Source of the DNA: Dicyema japonicum
Lineage: Eukaryota > Animalia > Dicyemida
Length of the DNA: 35,612 nt
Direction of reading: 5' to 3'
NCBI GenBank assembly: GCA_011109175.1
Contig: RDEW01000111.1
Coordinates: 37,979 to 73,590 of the forward strand
The position numbers were made by a program, and so were the translations under genes. The notes below the pieces were generated by a model, which worked only from the letters and a program-made list of their open reading frames with translations, had not been told where the DNA came from and made no database searches. Shown here piece after piece: positions 22,016-32,999 of this stretch (its first letter is position 1; every line of letters starts with the position of its first letter).

Positions 22016-23519
22016 ATGGAAGATTATTTTGTTGCAATGGCTTCTTACAAGGGTTTTGTGAAAGATTGCGTTGAATATCAAACTTTAAAAAATGCTTTGC
22101 ATGATAAATTTCCCGAAAATCTTCCGAGGCACCGAAAATATAGGCTTGTAAAGAAGATAGAGAATTTTTTTATTATCAATGACAGGAATTGTAAATTTGC
22201 AATAATTTTAGACTGTATCGTAAATCAACTGATCCAAGTTAGTCATATCCCTAGATAATGAAACCGAAATGGAACATGTTGCGAAATCATTACACGAGTT
22301 TTCACACGGAAAAGTCAATAAAATTGAGTATGAATGTCGACAAAGATACTTCACTGTAAAGAATGAGATTATCAGAAAAATCATTCGAAATTGTGAAGTC
22401 TGCAAATTTTCGCGTCCTTTAAAAGTTCGTGATTTTTTTATAATTGGAGATATAAATCACCATGTGTTTGCTTCTTCTCCAAATGAACGTTTTCAGGTAG
22501 ATCTAATAGACCTGAAAAAATTTTCAACATTAAATGAAAATTTCAAATGGGTTTTAACGGTCATTGACATATATAGTAGGCTGGTTTTTTTTTAATTTAT
22601 AGATTCGCTTTTGTACGACCACTCTATAATAAGTCTGGTAAAGAAGTATGTGAAAACTTAAGATCTTTGTTCCGCCTGAATGGGCCATGTAAATTTCTTC
22701 AGTCGGACAATGGTTCTGAATTTAAAAATCAAGAAATAACAAAACTTTGCGAAGATTTTAACATTAAGCAAATTCACGGAAGGCCTAACAATCCACGAGC
22801 ACAAGGAATTGTCGAAAGATTTAATCAGACGATCACGAGGAAGTTGTCAAAAATGCTGGATAACAGTGAAAAAAAGTGGCTTGATAAATTAGAAAGTGCT
22901 GTCTACAGTTACAACATATCGGTCCATTCATTTTCTAACGAAAGTCCTTTCGAAAGATATCGAGGAATTAAGGGAATAAATTCAATAATTAATGGTTATA
23001 CTTATATCATTATGACTTAGATAATTTAAGTGATGAGTGTGCGATTCCAGAACAAATTGACGATTTGGTTAATTGTTCGACTCCAGAATCTATTGAAAAT
23101 TCACGTAGTTTGATTTAAAAAATTTATATCTAGATAATTCCCAGTCAGATAATTTGTGTCCGAATGCGAAGAGATTCAACTTCGAAATTAAATCGATTGA
23201 AGAAAATTCGAATTATTACAAAGCTATGAACAGGAAAATGAATGTTCATAATAGTAAATATACTTTTAACATGGGAGATAAAGTATGAATCAAAAACATT
23301 AATAAATAGGTTCGGGCTAAAAAGGACTTTGGAACAAATCCCTCATTGCGACTGGATAAGTTTGAGTCTCAGTATTATCCAGTTGCAGAAATAATTAATA
23401 TTTTATCGAATAATCGCGTGGAGGTAGTTTTAAATAGTTTAATTTGATAGATAAAAAATTCGAAAGGAGAAATATCGACTGTATTAATGAGTAGACTAAA
23501 AAAAGTTACTAAAATTTAA
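22016..23519 (+). CDS. Intron-containing integrase/transposase (HHCC zinc finger, DDE core, SH3-like C-terminus); lesions near the 5' end
   Basis: Motifs LHEFSHG...CEVC, ERFQVDLID, VIDIYSRFAF, LQSDNGSEF, GRPNNPRAQGIVERFNQTI and FNMGDKV...SRLKK. Introns 22580-22602 (GC-AG, 23 nt), 22995-23020, 23105-23133, 23283-23309 and 23424-23450 restore one frame to TAA 23517-23519, with AATAAA at about 23532. The first intron (about 22186-22211) has an apparently mutated donor and there is a nearby frameshift. Confidence 0.85.
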
Positions 23520-23799
23520 TTTTTTGTGGTTAATAAATTATTTATAAAATTAATTGAAGTTAATCTTGGTTCAAGGTTAATGTAACAGGCTGCCCATAGG
23601 TAACGCTTGGCCCATGTGACATATTCGCGTGATAGATATATAGCTGATCTGATGGATGTGAGAAGATGAAATTTTTTTCACCCATGGACCACTTATTATA
23701 TTAGAAACAGACAATTGTCTGGAGTTCAGAAACTCATTTCTCAGAGAAATTTATTTACAGGTTAAATATTTTTTATATCTAACTCAATTTATTAACAAT

Positions 23800-24000
23800 A
23801 ATAGGAAAGAGTGGCTGCTGACATTAAGGAGTAAGCGTTTCCGCGGACAACTGCAATCCTAATTTGTTGCCTTAGTCAGCTCAGACCGTTTCCCGCATAT
23901 TGAATATATTTTTGGAAGACTGCGAACACCGTGTGTTCAAGGCCAGGTTGAGAGGTATCACTTATATAATACGTGTAGGTTAAATCTGTTTCAGATATTG
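23800..24000 (+). mobile_element. Relic of a second Ginger-type integrase family
   Basis: FPHIEYIFGRLRTPCVQGQVER/LN, with a 24-nt GT-AG intron at 23955-23978. Confidence 0.65.
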
Positions 24001-24105
24001 AAAGAACTCTTATACGTCACAATTTTCGGATGAACGCTTGAATAATTTACTGCGCTATTAAGATGAAGGCTTATCGTTGAAAGGGATTCTACTAGAAGAC
24101 ATACG
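24000..24105 (+). mobile_element. hAT transposase C-terminal dimerisation-domain remnant
   Basis: IRHN.SDERLNNLLR..DEGLSL resembles LRNRL..ERL..L.RI..EG; frameshifted. Confidence 0.5.
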
Positions 24106-24419
24106 TTGTTAGCTGCAGACAAATGCGTAAAAGAGAAGCTGGAAAATGATGAAGAATCATTGAATGTTTGGATAAAGTTATTCTACGGATGGATTGTGAT
24201 GTCAATCTATCGACGAAAAGGTGCTTTATATGAGCACTTGGACACTAAAATTTATCAAATAGTGGATATACAAGAACACATGGTGCACATAGATGGTGGC
24301 AACTCACAAACAATGATAGACAACCAAAGCAGAATAAAATATTGTTTTAAATGACTGTCCATTCGAGAAAGAATTTTTATCTTTTTTATTTAATGTGGAA
24401 TTAGATTTAAGCTGTTGAC

Positions 24420-24710
24420 TAGGAATTAGGTTTTGGGTTGATATTATTAATGATTATGGTTGATGTTAGGTATTGATTAGGGTAGAGATTACACTTAGAT
24501 ATTTTAAGGAAAAGGATTAGTTTTGAGATGGTTAAAAGATTGGGTTCAAGATATGGTTTAGGTCGAGTGATAATATTCAGGGTTTAAAAATAGGGGTTAG
24601 GGTTTAGAGTAAGTCTTAAGGTTCAATTTTTATGTTTGAATTAGAATTAGCTTTATGAAAGGTTAGGGATCGAATTATACTTAGGAATTGGTAGGGTTAA
24701 GAATAGAATA
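24420..24710. repeat. Degenerate GGTTAG/TTAGGG-like low-complexity tract
   Basis: Strong G+T strand bias, with scattered TTAGG/GGTTAG units. Confidence 0.6.
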
Positions 24711-25259
24711 ATTGTTTATATTAAAAGTTAATTTTCTCTTTAGTTTTTTTTAATTTTTAATAGATTTAGGATATTTATAATATTAAGTTTGTTCTTGTTT
24801 GGATTTTATCATATTTTTTATGATTAATTGTCACCAGATATCAAATGCCATTTAAAAAATTGGTGTATTTGAATAGAGTCAGGAAAAATGTTATAAAAAT
24901 GCGAAAAAATTAGATGGATTCCCACGTTCGGACGGTGAAAATAAATATTTAAATTTTAAAAATAAAAATTTTATTTTTAAATAATAATTTTATTGTTAAT
25001 AAAATTTTGGAAAAAATAAAAAAAAATAAAAAGTTAATAAAGTCAAAAAGTCAAAATTTTGGGTAATAATAAAAAATCAAAATTTAATTTTTAGGTCAAT
25101 AAAGTCATTTTTATCGATTTTTATTTTTTATTTTTCGAGTTTTTAAATAAAATACTAGTTAGGGATCAAATATTATCATTCACTATGTTGCCGCGTTCAA
25201 TCAAAATGACATTGAAAAGATTAACTCTTTTAGAATTTATCCTGATGAATTTTCTATCA

Positions 25260-25650
25260 ACTCTTAAGGAAATCTTTTTTGGAATTTATGTGGGACATTT
25301 TGTAACTATGATTAACTTGACTCTTTTCACAGAGGCCAACTAAGAAAACTCTTTTGATGCTTTTGGCGAAGGAAATCTCAAACAATAAACTGACTAATAA
25401 GTCTAAACGTACTTGAAGCACTCTTGCGCCTTTTTGGACATATTCTACTGATGAATGAACAGACACCATGCAATGCTGCCATGGAAGAATTTTTCGGCCA
25501 TACTGTATCTCCTGCATTTAGAAGACGTCCAAGAAGTTGTCTTTCAAAACTCGCAGACGATAACGCAATGATCGAAGGCCAACTGATGGATGCGGACAAT
25601 CTGGACGAAATCAGAAAACGAGCTCGACAACGGAAAGGATAATCGAAAAC
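25260..25650 (+). mobile_element. RTE-clade LINE 3' fragment
   Basis: RLFGHILLMNEQTPCNAAMEEFF...RRRPRSCL...EIRKRARQRK. Confidence 0.75.
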
Positions 25651-25689
25651 ATGACACAAGTGAAACCATAAACAGTTTTTACAGGTAAC

Positions 25690-26500
25690 GCGAATGTGCT
25701 TTAACTAACAAACATTTGTAACTGCAAAAAAAACAATTTTTATTGAATCACGTAGATCGTCTATGAAGCATATAAAATTAGCAGGTTTATTATTTTTATT
25801 AATATTTTATAGGTGTCAATAATATAAAACCCATTGACTTTCTCTTCCCATTGCCGACAAATGGGACGATAATTCACTAAGGCTTTTGTCGAATCCCATA
25901 TTCCCTTGCATAAATTTAACAGTAAATGCTTACGAGACTTGTTTAAGAGAATTGAACATAATCTTCCTTCTACTTACGCTTGCAGAAAAATTGTAGAAAA
26001 CTTAGGCCAGAAGCAGCTTTACAGGTTTTATTTTCATTCATTATTTTTTTTGATTGATGAAATTGATATCCGAGGACAGAAATATGTCAATACTCTTATT
26101 GGAAGAATTTCTGATCCCAAGAAAATATTTTTAATATCTTGTCGTCATTGTCTTCTGAGGCTAACCCTTCGATTATCTGCCAGATAATTGACGATGTTCT
26201 AAGGAATTTTGCGATAGATCGCGTAGACGCTGTAGAACACATTCAGAAATTGGATTTCGGGGACGATTTATGTGGAATCAGGAAGTACTGGATTCATGAT
26301 TATCTGCCAATCAAGTACTTTCTACAACAAAAATGGAAAAACAACATATTTCTCCATATGTAAATAACTATATGGAAAAGTGTCAGTCCACATCATTATT
26401 TGTTGAGAGAAGTTTTTCTTTATTGGAAAAATTACTTTCTAAAGATAGAAATTTTAAACCCGAAAACGTATTGAATTATATTTTTTCGTATTTTAATAAA
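25690..26500 (+). mobile_element. hAT transposase (CGGBP1-like group), internally deleted
   Basis: A BED-like remnant is followed by FTKAFVESHIPLHKFNSKCLRDLF...LPSTYACRK and FLIDEIDIRGQKYVNTLIG...IICQIIDDVLR. The sequence then jumps to IQKLDFGDDLCGIRKY and CQSTSLFVERSFSLLEKLLSKDRNFKPENV. Confidence 0.8.
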
Positions 26501-26509
26501 GATTTTAAT

Positions 26510-27008
26510 TAGTTTTTTTCAATAACAGCCAGATCCTCTTCCATGGCTTACACCTTTTTGAGGCGAGTTTGATTCCAATGCTGTAGAGAAAGGCGTCCGT
26601 CTTCGCTTTTATGGTTCCAGTTGTCTCCACAGCAATGGGGGTGAAATGGTATTGGTCTCCGAGGGATTTGTATCTACCGATCTTTTTGGCCTCTGCCTGG
26701 TCGGCTGCGGAGAGTGTATCGTTGACCCAAGTGAATGCAGCTCGCAAGAGATGAAAAGTTTGTAGGCAGGGCGGTTTCAAGAGGGGATCTTAACTCAATG
26801 CCCCATTTCTCGTAGGTAGTTTGCACATCGTCCAGCCCAGATTATCGAATTTGACATTCAATATTGACGCCGCCGATCGTTTCAGAGTCCCATCAGCCCA
26901 CAATAGTGCTTTTCGGTGTTCAAAACATGGTGAACATCTCAAAACGTACATCATCTTAGACATGGAAATACATTTCTTGAGCAAGAAAAAATACACATGT
27001 GGAACCAA
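26510..27008 (-). mobile_element. CRE-clade retrotransposon fragment (post-RT region fused to the endonuclease), nested in the hAT right arm
   Basis: FFLLKKCISMSKMMYVLRCSPCF...WTMCKLPTRNGAL and DTLSAADQAEAKKIGRY...FTPIAVETTG. Confidence 0.85.
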
Positions 27009-27009
27009 A

Positions 27010-27152
27010 AAGTTTTTTTTCTATTTAAAAAAAAAATTTAAAAAAAAAATTTTTGCAGAAAAATTTATCATAAAGTCAAAAAAGGTCAAAATTTTAAAGT
27101 CAGTATTAGGTCAAAATTTCAGATTTATAAAGTCAAAATAAAAATCGCCCTA
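27010..27152. mobile_element. Probable hAT right end with AAAGTCA subterminal repeats
   Basis: The reverse complement starts TAGGGCGATT. AAAGTCA/AGGTCA repeats occur here and at about 25035-25110. Confidence 0.5.
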
Positions 27153-27153
27153 C

Positions 27154-27540
27154 TTATAACTTTATTGAACCGGACAGCAAATAGAAAGGATATGATCTCA
27201 TAAAAATTATACAGAATTGGGGAAGAGCTAAATGGCAGAATAAAACGGAAATGGGAACCGACATAGAGATGTTTCTCATAATCATCGTTTTGACGTCATG
27301 GTTGGTAAACGATAATTTGAAAAAGTCAAAAAAGTTATCAAACAAAAATATCATAATTCCATAAGAAATAACCATCAAAATTATAACAATAAACAAAATT
27401 GAAGCATTTTAAGTTCAGATCATACTCACTGCATATGATTGTGAAGTACTCTTTCCTCCTGTCCTTCCAAAAAGTAAGGGATCATCTCAACGTGTCTACA
27501 AAGATATGCAATTCTGTAGGTATCTCCAATAGATAATCAA
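27154..27540 (-). pseudogene. Possible multi-pass membrane protein (GPCR TM5-TM6-like) fragment
   Basis: Two hydrophobic segments, LFIVIILMVISYGIMIFLF and ISMSVPISVLFCHLALPQFCIIF; no decisive motif. Confidence 0.25.
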
Positions 27541-27609
27541 GTAGTCCACTACCACGTAAATCTGGGAAATCTCCCTCATTGAATGACTATTCATAGACAA
27601 TTAATGAAG

Positions 27610-27865
27610 GAATTCATCATTCTTCCCCGGTGCTCCTCCCTCGTACCCACACAAGCTCGTACAGGGCGGCTGACTGTATTTGCAGGGCCACCTTCCGCAT
27701 GCCGGAGTTTTGTTTAATGAGGGCCTCCAGAGTAGTCGGTCCGATTCTGTGTCTCCCACAAGACCACCGGTCCGTCATTCTGAAAGCCTTCTTTTGAACG
27801 TCCTCAATTTTCTTATTGTTCGTCCATGATAATGAAGGTCCCCACGAAGCACACGCGTATTCATC
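27610..27865 (-). mobile_element. CR1/L2-like LINE-derived fragment with a GC-rich 3' module
   Basis: EYACASWDLH...KIEDVQKKAFRM. The 3' module is shared with 31755-32030 and 32780-32950. Confidence 0.65.
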
Positions 27866-28009
27866 TACATTTGATACTGATTTAATGTTAACAAAACCAA
27901 AATATTTAATTATTTTAAATTTATTTTATTTATTCAAATAATTAAATGATTTTTATTCTAAATGAATCTACGATTTATGTTAAAAAAAATTATCTTCAAC
28001 TCAAATTTG

Positions 28010-28135
28010 GACTCCCTCTACTTGCAGTATATTCAACCGTCTCTAACTTACGGGTGTGCTGCATGGGGAACCAACCTATCAAACAGGAATATATAAAAAA
28101 TCAATACCTTCCAAAAAATTGCCAGTAAGGCTTTG
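28010..28135 (+). mobile_element. I/Jockey-like LINE post-RT fragment
   Basis: LYLQYIQPSLTYGCAAWGTNLSNRNI*KINTFQKIA. Confidence 0.75.
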
Positions 28136-28149
28136 CAAAGATTTTCTTG

Positions 28150-29680
28150 GACACCTCTAAACCCTTTGAATGACCGTAACATTTCTATCATATTTATACA
28201 AGCACAATATCGGTCCATACATTTAAAACGCATGTGCCTCGTTGGTCTAATCCCTTTCGATGCTGGGAAAGTGGATGAAAGGTTGATTTTCGATTTGCAT
28301 CTGCTTGCTACGATAATAAAAGAGAACATAGCTAAACATGATTTAAACTTTTAAGTGATTTTCGTACTATTCTCTCAACTAGATACGTATTATTTATACG
28401 TCGTAAACAAGAAAGTCATATATATGAATGGTCTCGGTATGTATCTGCAGTCAGTGGATTCTATTAATGGGAAGGTTGGGTGGTTTGGATTAACGATTGT
28501 CTGGTATTATGTACGCATCTCATTTTAAAGTGACCGAGAATCACCACCATTTGTTAAGAGAAAGACAGGTGATCTCGCTATCGATTAGTATTCTCATCAA
28601 TGAAGAAACAGCACTGCTCTTTAAGTTCTCTGAACCGCACGTGATTGCACTTTGAATCTCGCCAACGGCTGTTTTATTTACAGCCAAACCACTCAAATAT
28701 TAAAAAAACTGCATGTTGAGTATTTCCTCAGCTTCCCGATTACGGAAATTTTAATAGAATTGTATCATTATTAACCCCACTTATTTTGTACTTCAATTAA
28801 CGTACTTGCAATAATGTGATATAAAATACTTACAAAACAAATTAATGGAACTCTAATCTGAAGTTTGGGGTATATTACTTAAAGAGTTCAATTTTAATTT
28901 ATACGCATCAAATCCATAGATTGAAGTAAAATCTCAATTATTACGAAAGTTAAATGACATAACTGTAATTTTTTCCATTCCGGAGCCACCAAGGTCATCT
29001 AAGTGCTTTTAGTTTATACGGTCGTAATCAACACAAATAAACTACATAAATCTATCAAATAAATCACATAAATCATCATGGAATTGTGAACCACCAAATT
29101 AGGCCATGTTAATTCAGAGCATTGAAAAGATAAAAGAAGCCTTCGACCAATACCTATCGGGAATCGACCCAATTCCCATTTTAAATGCATTAGAAATATA
29201 ATCTCTCGTAGGAAATATCACCATAATGTTCGATAATTTAAAATGATTATTGTTCGCTTTGTATCTTATCGATCACATTTTACAAATTAAACTATTTAAT
29301 AAATTGTATCGAGAGCTTTCCTCCCATATTAATAGCCACAACAAGAAGTCAAAACATTTCTGTCGTGTTAAACCGCACGTATACAAGAGCATATTATCTA
29401 TAGCTCCGCTCAGACAAGACACACTTTGATTAATTAAAGAACAGTTATCGTAACTAATCTTAAATCTTTTTTCATAAACTCTCGCACACACCAAGAAACA
29501 TTTCGAAATGCCGCTAGATGTCCCAGGTTTTCGAAGAAAGACTTCGTACTTAATGTTCCAATTTGACAAGAATCCCGCCAGAACGTGGACCGTTAGAGAA
29601 ACCATTGGTATTTCTTCCCTTCAGTATCCCCGATTTTCTATGGTGGATATACCTATGATAGTAATAAGTCAGTCACATGT
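28150..29680 (-). pseudogene. Possible decayed ionotropic glutamate receptor (NMDA-like) N-terminal/S1 region
   Basis: Weak motifs in the expected order: ITIIGIST...VLAGFLSNWN, LMRILIDSE...TNGGDSR, KPPN...PRPFIY and KCMDRYCACINMIEMLRSFKGF. There are many stops and frameshifts. Confidence 0.33.
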
Positions 29681-30347
29681 GCTATATTTTAATATTCCAA
29701 GTGTGAATTATCTATTGGGGCCTTACAAGGTAGCTTTCCCCAATATCCAATTACTCAAAAAGATCTCCTTAAACTAACTGAAGACATTAGAATTAATAAA
29801 GCACCAATCGGCTCACCAGGAGAGAGGCCTAACCCTTGAGTCTTCTTTAGGATGGTCGAATGAAATGCAATATTTTTTATAGTAATTAAGTCTAACTAAA
29901 CGGCTCTCTCAAAAACCATCTTAACCTGTCAATTATCTCAAGTCTTAATTAATTCTAGTAAACCACGGATGACAATTTCATAGCAATCAATAATTAATCA
30001 TTTACCATATAAGCAAGCACCACATGGTTGACTAATCACTACTACGAGACATATTATTTTACAAGTCCATTTGTTGTATTCCTCAATAGTCTTCTTCACT
30101 AAATAAGAGACAAGAGGAATCCCCATTTCCGAGAGTTCACAGATGTGAGTGTTTTCTCCGAGATCAGATGACCACGTAAAAACCAGTCTGTAAGCATGTA
30201 TTTTCGGTATTCCGTGGGTAATGAATAGGCGCGTGTAACAAAAACGCAAGAAAATAAAATATATTTTTAAATATTTGAAAATTAAAAATTTATATGTTAA
30301 TTATAATTAAAATTCTTTATTAATATCTTGTTTTATAAATTGGAACA

Positions 30348-30526
30348 CACAATATCAAAATCATATCATACATAAATTTTGAGCCAATGCCATTTCCAAT
30401 AAGAAGAGCAGTTCAGAATTCTCGACCCCGCCTTACTCTTCATCTTTTTTGTCGGTCTGGGATCACTTGGTTAGATGAGAACTTTTATTTCTTTTTCTTT
30501 GACCCAGTGATCCTGGGGTAATAATA
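30348..30526 (+). mobile_element. 5'-truncated LINE 3' end with hairpin, (TAA)n tail and 13-bp TSD
   Basis: TSD ATAAATTGGAACA at 30335-30347 and 30527-30539. Same family as 21776-21874. Confidence 0.85.
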
Positions 30527-30560
30527 ATAAATTGGAACAGTAAAAAAAAAGGACAAAACA

Positions 30561-30920
30561 TCAGTTAGCTGCCGCCCTCACTGCGTGGCTGTTCCCTCTC
30601 AGAATTGCGAGCGAAATTCGCTCAAAAAGACAGCGGCGTTCGGAATCTCCAGTGCATGTTGTGATCCGGTTTCCAAGATGTCCGAAAAACTCTAGTGTAG
30701 AGGGGTAGTAGGATCCGGAAGTCTCCATAGCAAGCGGAACAATTTGGACATTATCGGGAAGGCCGTCGTATTTTTCGAGTTTGGCTTTCTCCGCCTTACG
30801 GCTGCAGAGCAGGCCCTTGAAGCGCACTCGTGAAGATTGTTCGATGCGAGCGTGTCTGTACATGTCACGTCCCAAACAAGTGGTGTCCAGGCTACAAAGG
30901 GAAATATGGTCATGCTGTCT
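30561..30920 (-). mobile_element. CRE-clade retrotransposon C-terminal endonuclease
   Basis: LVWDVTCTDTLAS...AEKAKLEKY...VPLAMETSG...LGNRITTCTGD...ERISLAILRGN, with one frameshift. Confidence 0.9.
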
Positions 30921-31237
30921 TTGAAACGAAAATTAATTTTCTTCATGTTGACTACGTAATTACGAAAAAAATACTAATGTTCTGAAATCAAACTGCCTAA
31001 AATTACTTATTTGGTCTTATACAAGCCAATAGAGTCTGCACCTACAAAAAATATTATAGCACAGATTGTTGATTATTCGATCAGAAATATAATAGTTTAA
31101 TGGGATTATTTTATGCTTCTTATATCTGATGCTGAAAGGTACATGACATCCTTTATTGGAATTACGCATTTGCTCGTTGTGATCGTTGTGGTGCTAAGAG
31201 AAAAAAGAGAAAAAGAAAGGAAAATCATAAAAAAACA

Positions 31238-31620
31238 TGCATAAAACAACAAAAATGCAACATCATGAACGAAAAAACCCTGATAATCCATTGCACTGCC
31301 TGTTCGTGGGGTTTCCACATGTCCTGTGCCGGAATGACTAAAAACGCCGTGACTGCCATTTCTGATTGGCACTGTCGGTCTTGTATCCTACCAGATAATA
31401 CGACAAACTATTCCCTACGCTACCCTTCTGAACATGATCCACTAGACCATCAGGAAATAATTAAATTGATCTCAAACCTGGCACATACATGAAGACTGCT
31501 GATCAGGATCCCTAAAGCAGTCCGTATATCGTCCCGGACTGCCTATGTAAGTGTATTGAAAAAGCAGTTTCTTTGGACGACTCTGAAGATTTCGCTTCGC
31601 ATTTGATATGCACCTTTGTT
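31238..31620 (+). mobile_element. PHD finger followed by a CRE-like N-terminal motif (5' end of a retrotransposon ORF)
   Basis: IHCTACSWGFHMSCAGM...DWHCRSC is PHD-like. It is followed past a stop by LLIRIPKAVR, resembling the RIPK..R motif upstream of CRE RTs. Confidence 0.65.
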
Positions 31621-31754
31621 TATTACCCAATATTGAAAACACTCTCATAAAAATCGAGTGGAAAATTAATTTTCTAAAACCTTATCTGAATATGGAAGGT
31701 CGGTACCCACCCAGTAATGTAGAACATATATAAGCACACATCAAGCAATGTATC

Positions 31755-32030
31755 TCATATGCATGCGCTTCGTGGGGTCCCTCCATCTCATATACAAATA
31801 AAAGAAAAAGTGTTAGAAGTACATAAGAGGGCGTTCAAATTACGATGCGATTGACTTGCAGAGGATATGATCCAAACCGACACCTCTGGAAGTCTTCATG
31901 CGTCTTGATTCCGGGATGACTCAAAGCACATCTGCGAACAGCCGCCCGATACGTACATGTGTGGGATCGAGAGAGGAACATCGGACAAAGATGAGGACTT
32001 TATTCGAAATTAGGATCACGTGATAGTTAA
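31755..32030 (+). mobile_element. CR1/L2-like LINE-derived fragment, second copy
   Basis: YACASWGP...VLEVHKRAFKL, plus the module CGATACGTACATGTGTGGGATCGAG. Confidence 0.6.
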
Positions 32031-32779
32031 TCTCGATTTTTGATCGTGCTCTTGGGGTGTTTATATAAATAAATGATGGTTAATAAAATAAATAATAATA
32101 CACAGCTCACAGTCGGATAATACCTTGTAAAACATCTTTTCAGTCGCTCTCTGCTTCCCGGTCTCTTTGTCTAAACCTTCCACCAACACAGAAGGTCTCC
32201 GAATGTCATCGTCGTCTTTCCCTCTGCGAACATCATGCAACACCTCATCATCTAAGTTACCAAGTTCATCAGAAGGTGTAAGGACCGTGTTTTTCGTGGA
32301 TTTGGAGACATCCGGCGCATCTTCAATGCTCCACCAACTATCCATTTTAATGCTTCCAATCTTCTGAGGATCAAACATGTGTGTCTCCCACTTTTGGCAA
32401 AATCGGGCAATCGTTTTGGTTCTACCGAGTCCGATCGCGTGTAGAGTATGTTAGTGTCATCGTGTGTAGAAAAATTATTACAAAGACCAACGGTAAAACT
32501 AAATTAGCAAACTCCTTGATCCTGACGTGTTCCAGATATTCCAGATTGGTCTATTGGTAAAGAAATTGTCTTCCGGTGGGAAGGATAGTTGGATCATTTT
32601 GAATGGCGGTCAGGCATCATTTTGAATGGCATCGTTAGTAAAGTGGATCCAATGACGCAATCAGAGGGAAGTGTCACCATAGTTAATTATTAACTTTAAT
32701 TTATTTAATTAACTAGTCAACAAACAAAACATGTTATAATAATAATTACATCAATGACAACGGTTTCACAATCTAACTA

Positions 32780-32950
32780 TACGCGTGATCCCAGCATGCT
32801 TTCGCAAAGACCTCAACTAGGCCCGATGTTGCTTCCTCGACCCCACACAAGCACGTATCGGCCGAATAACTGAATCTTCGTAGTCAAAACAATACGTTCC
32901 AAGGTTCATGCGTATATTGGATTGTAAAGGCATTTGATGGTGGTACCCTA
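32780..32950 (-). mobile_element. Third copy of the same LINE-derived 3' module
   Basis: The reverse complement CGATACGTGCTTGTGTGGGGTCGAGGAAGCAACATCGG...GGATCACGCG aligns with 31948-32023. Confidence 0.55.
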
Positions 32951-32999
32951 AGAAATATATCGTTCCGTAATTTTATAGACTTTTTTTCGGCTACCCTTG

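Larger units (their letters stand above)
21695..23621 (+). mobile_element. Ginger-type (gypsy-integrase-like DDE) DNA transposon, full length
   Basis: Imperfect 43-bp TIRs: TGTCACATGGGC...ATGGGCAGCCTGTTACATT at 21695-21737 and its inverse at 23579-23621. The flanks TATTA/TATTC match at 4/5 positions, a possible 5-bp TSD. It holds a single integrase gene with no RT, gag or LTR. Confidence 0.9.

Noticed and set aside
22269-23020. Integrase as part of an LTR retrotransposon or Polinton
   Set aside because: It is bounded by short TIRs 1.9 kb apart, contains introns, and has no RT, gag, LTR or polB.
24420-24710. True telomere array
   Set aside because: The tract is highly degenerate and internal, with no run of perfect TTAGGG units.
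31990-32015. GATGAGGAC...CGAAA as a hammerhead ribozyme
   Set aside because: It lacks the CUGA core and a convincing stem II, and is not conserved in the other two copies.
32061-32450. 105-aa minus-strand ORF
   Set aside because: It is plausibly a real exon fragment, but I recognised no family, so it is not called.
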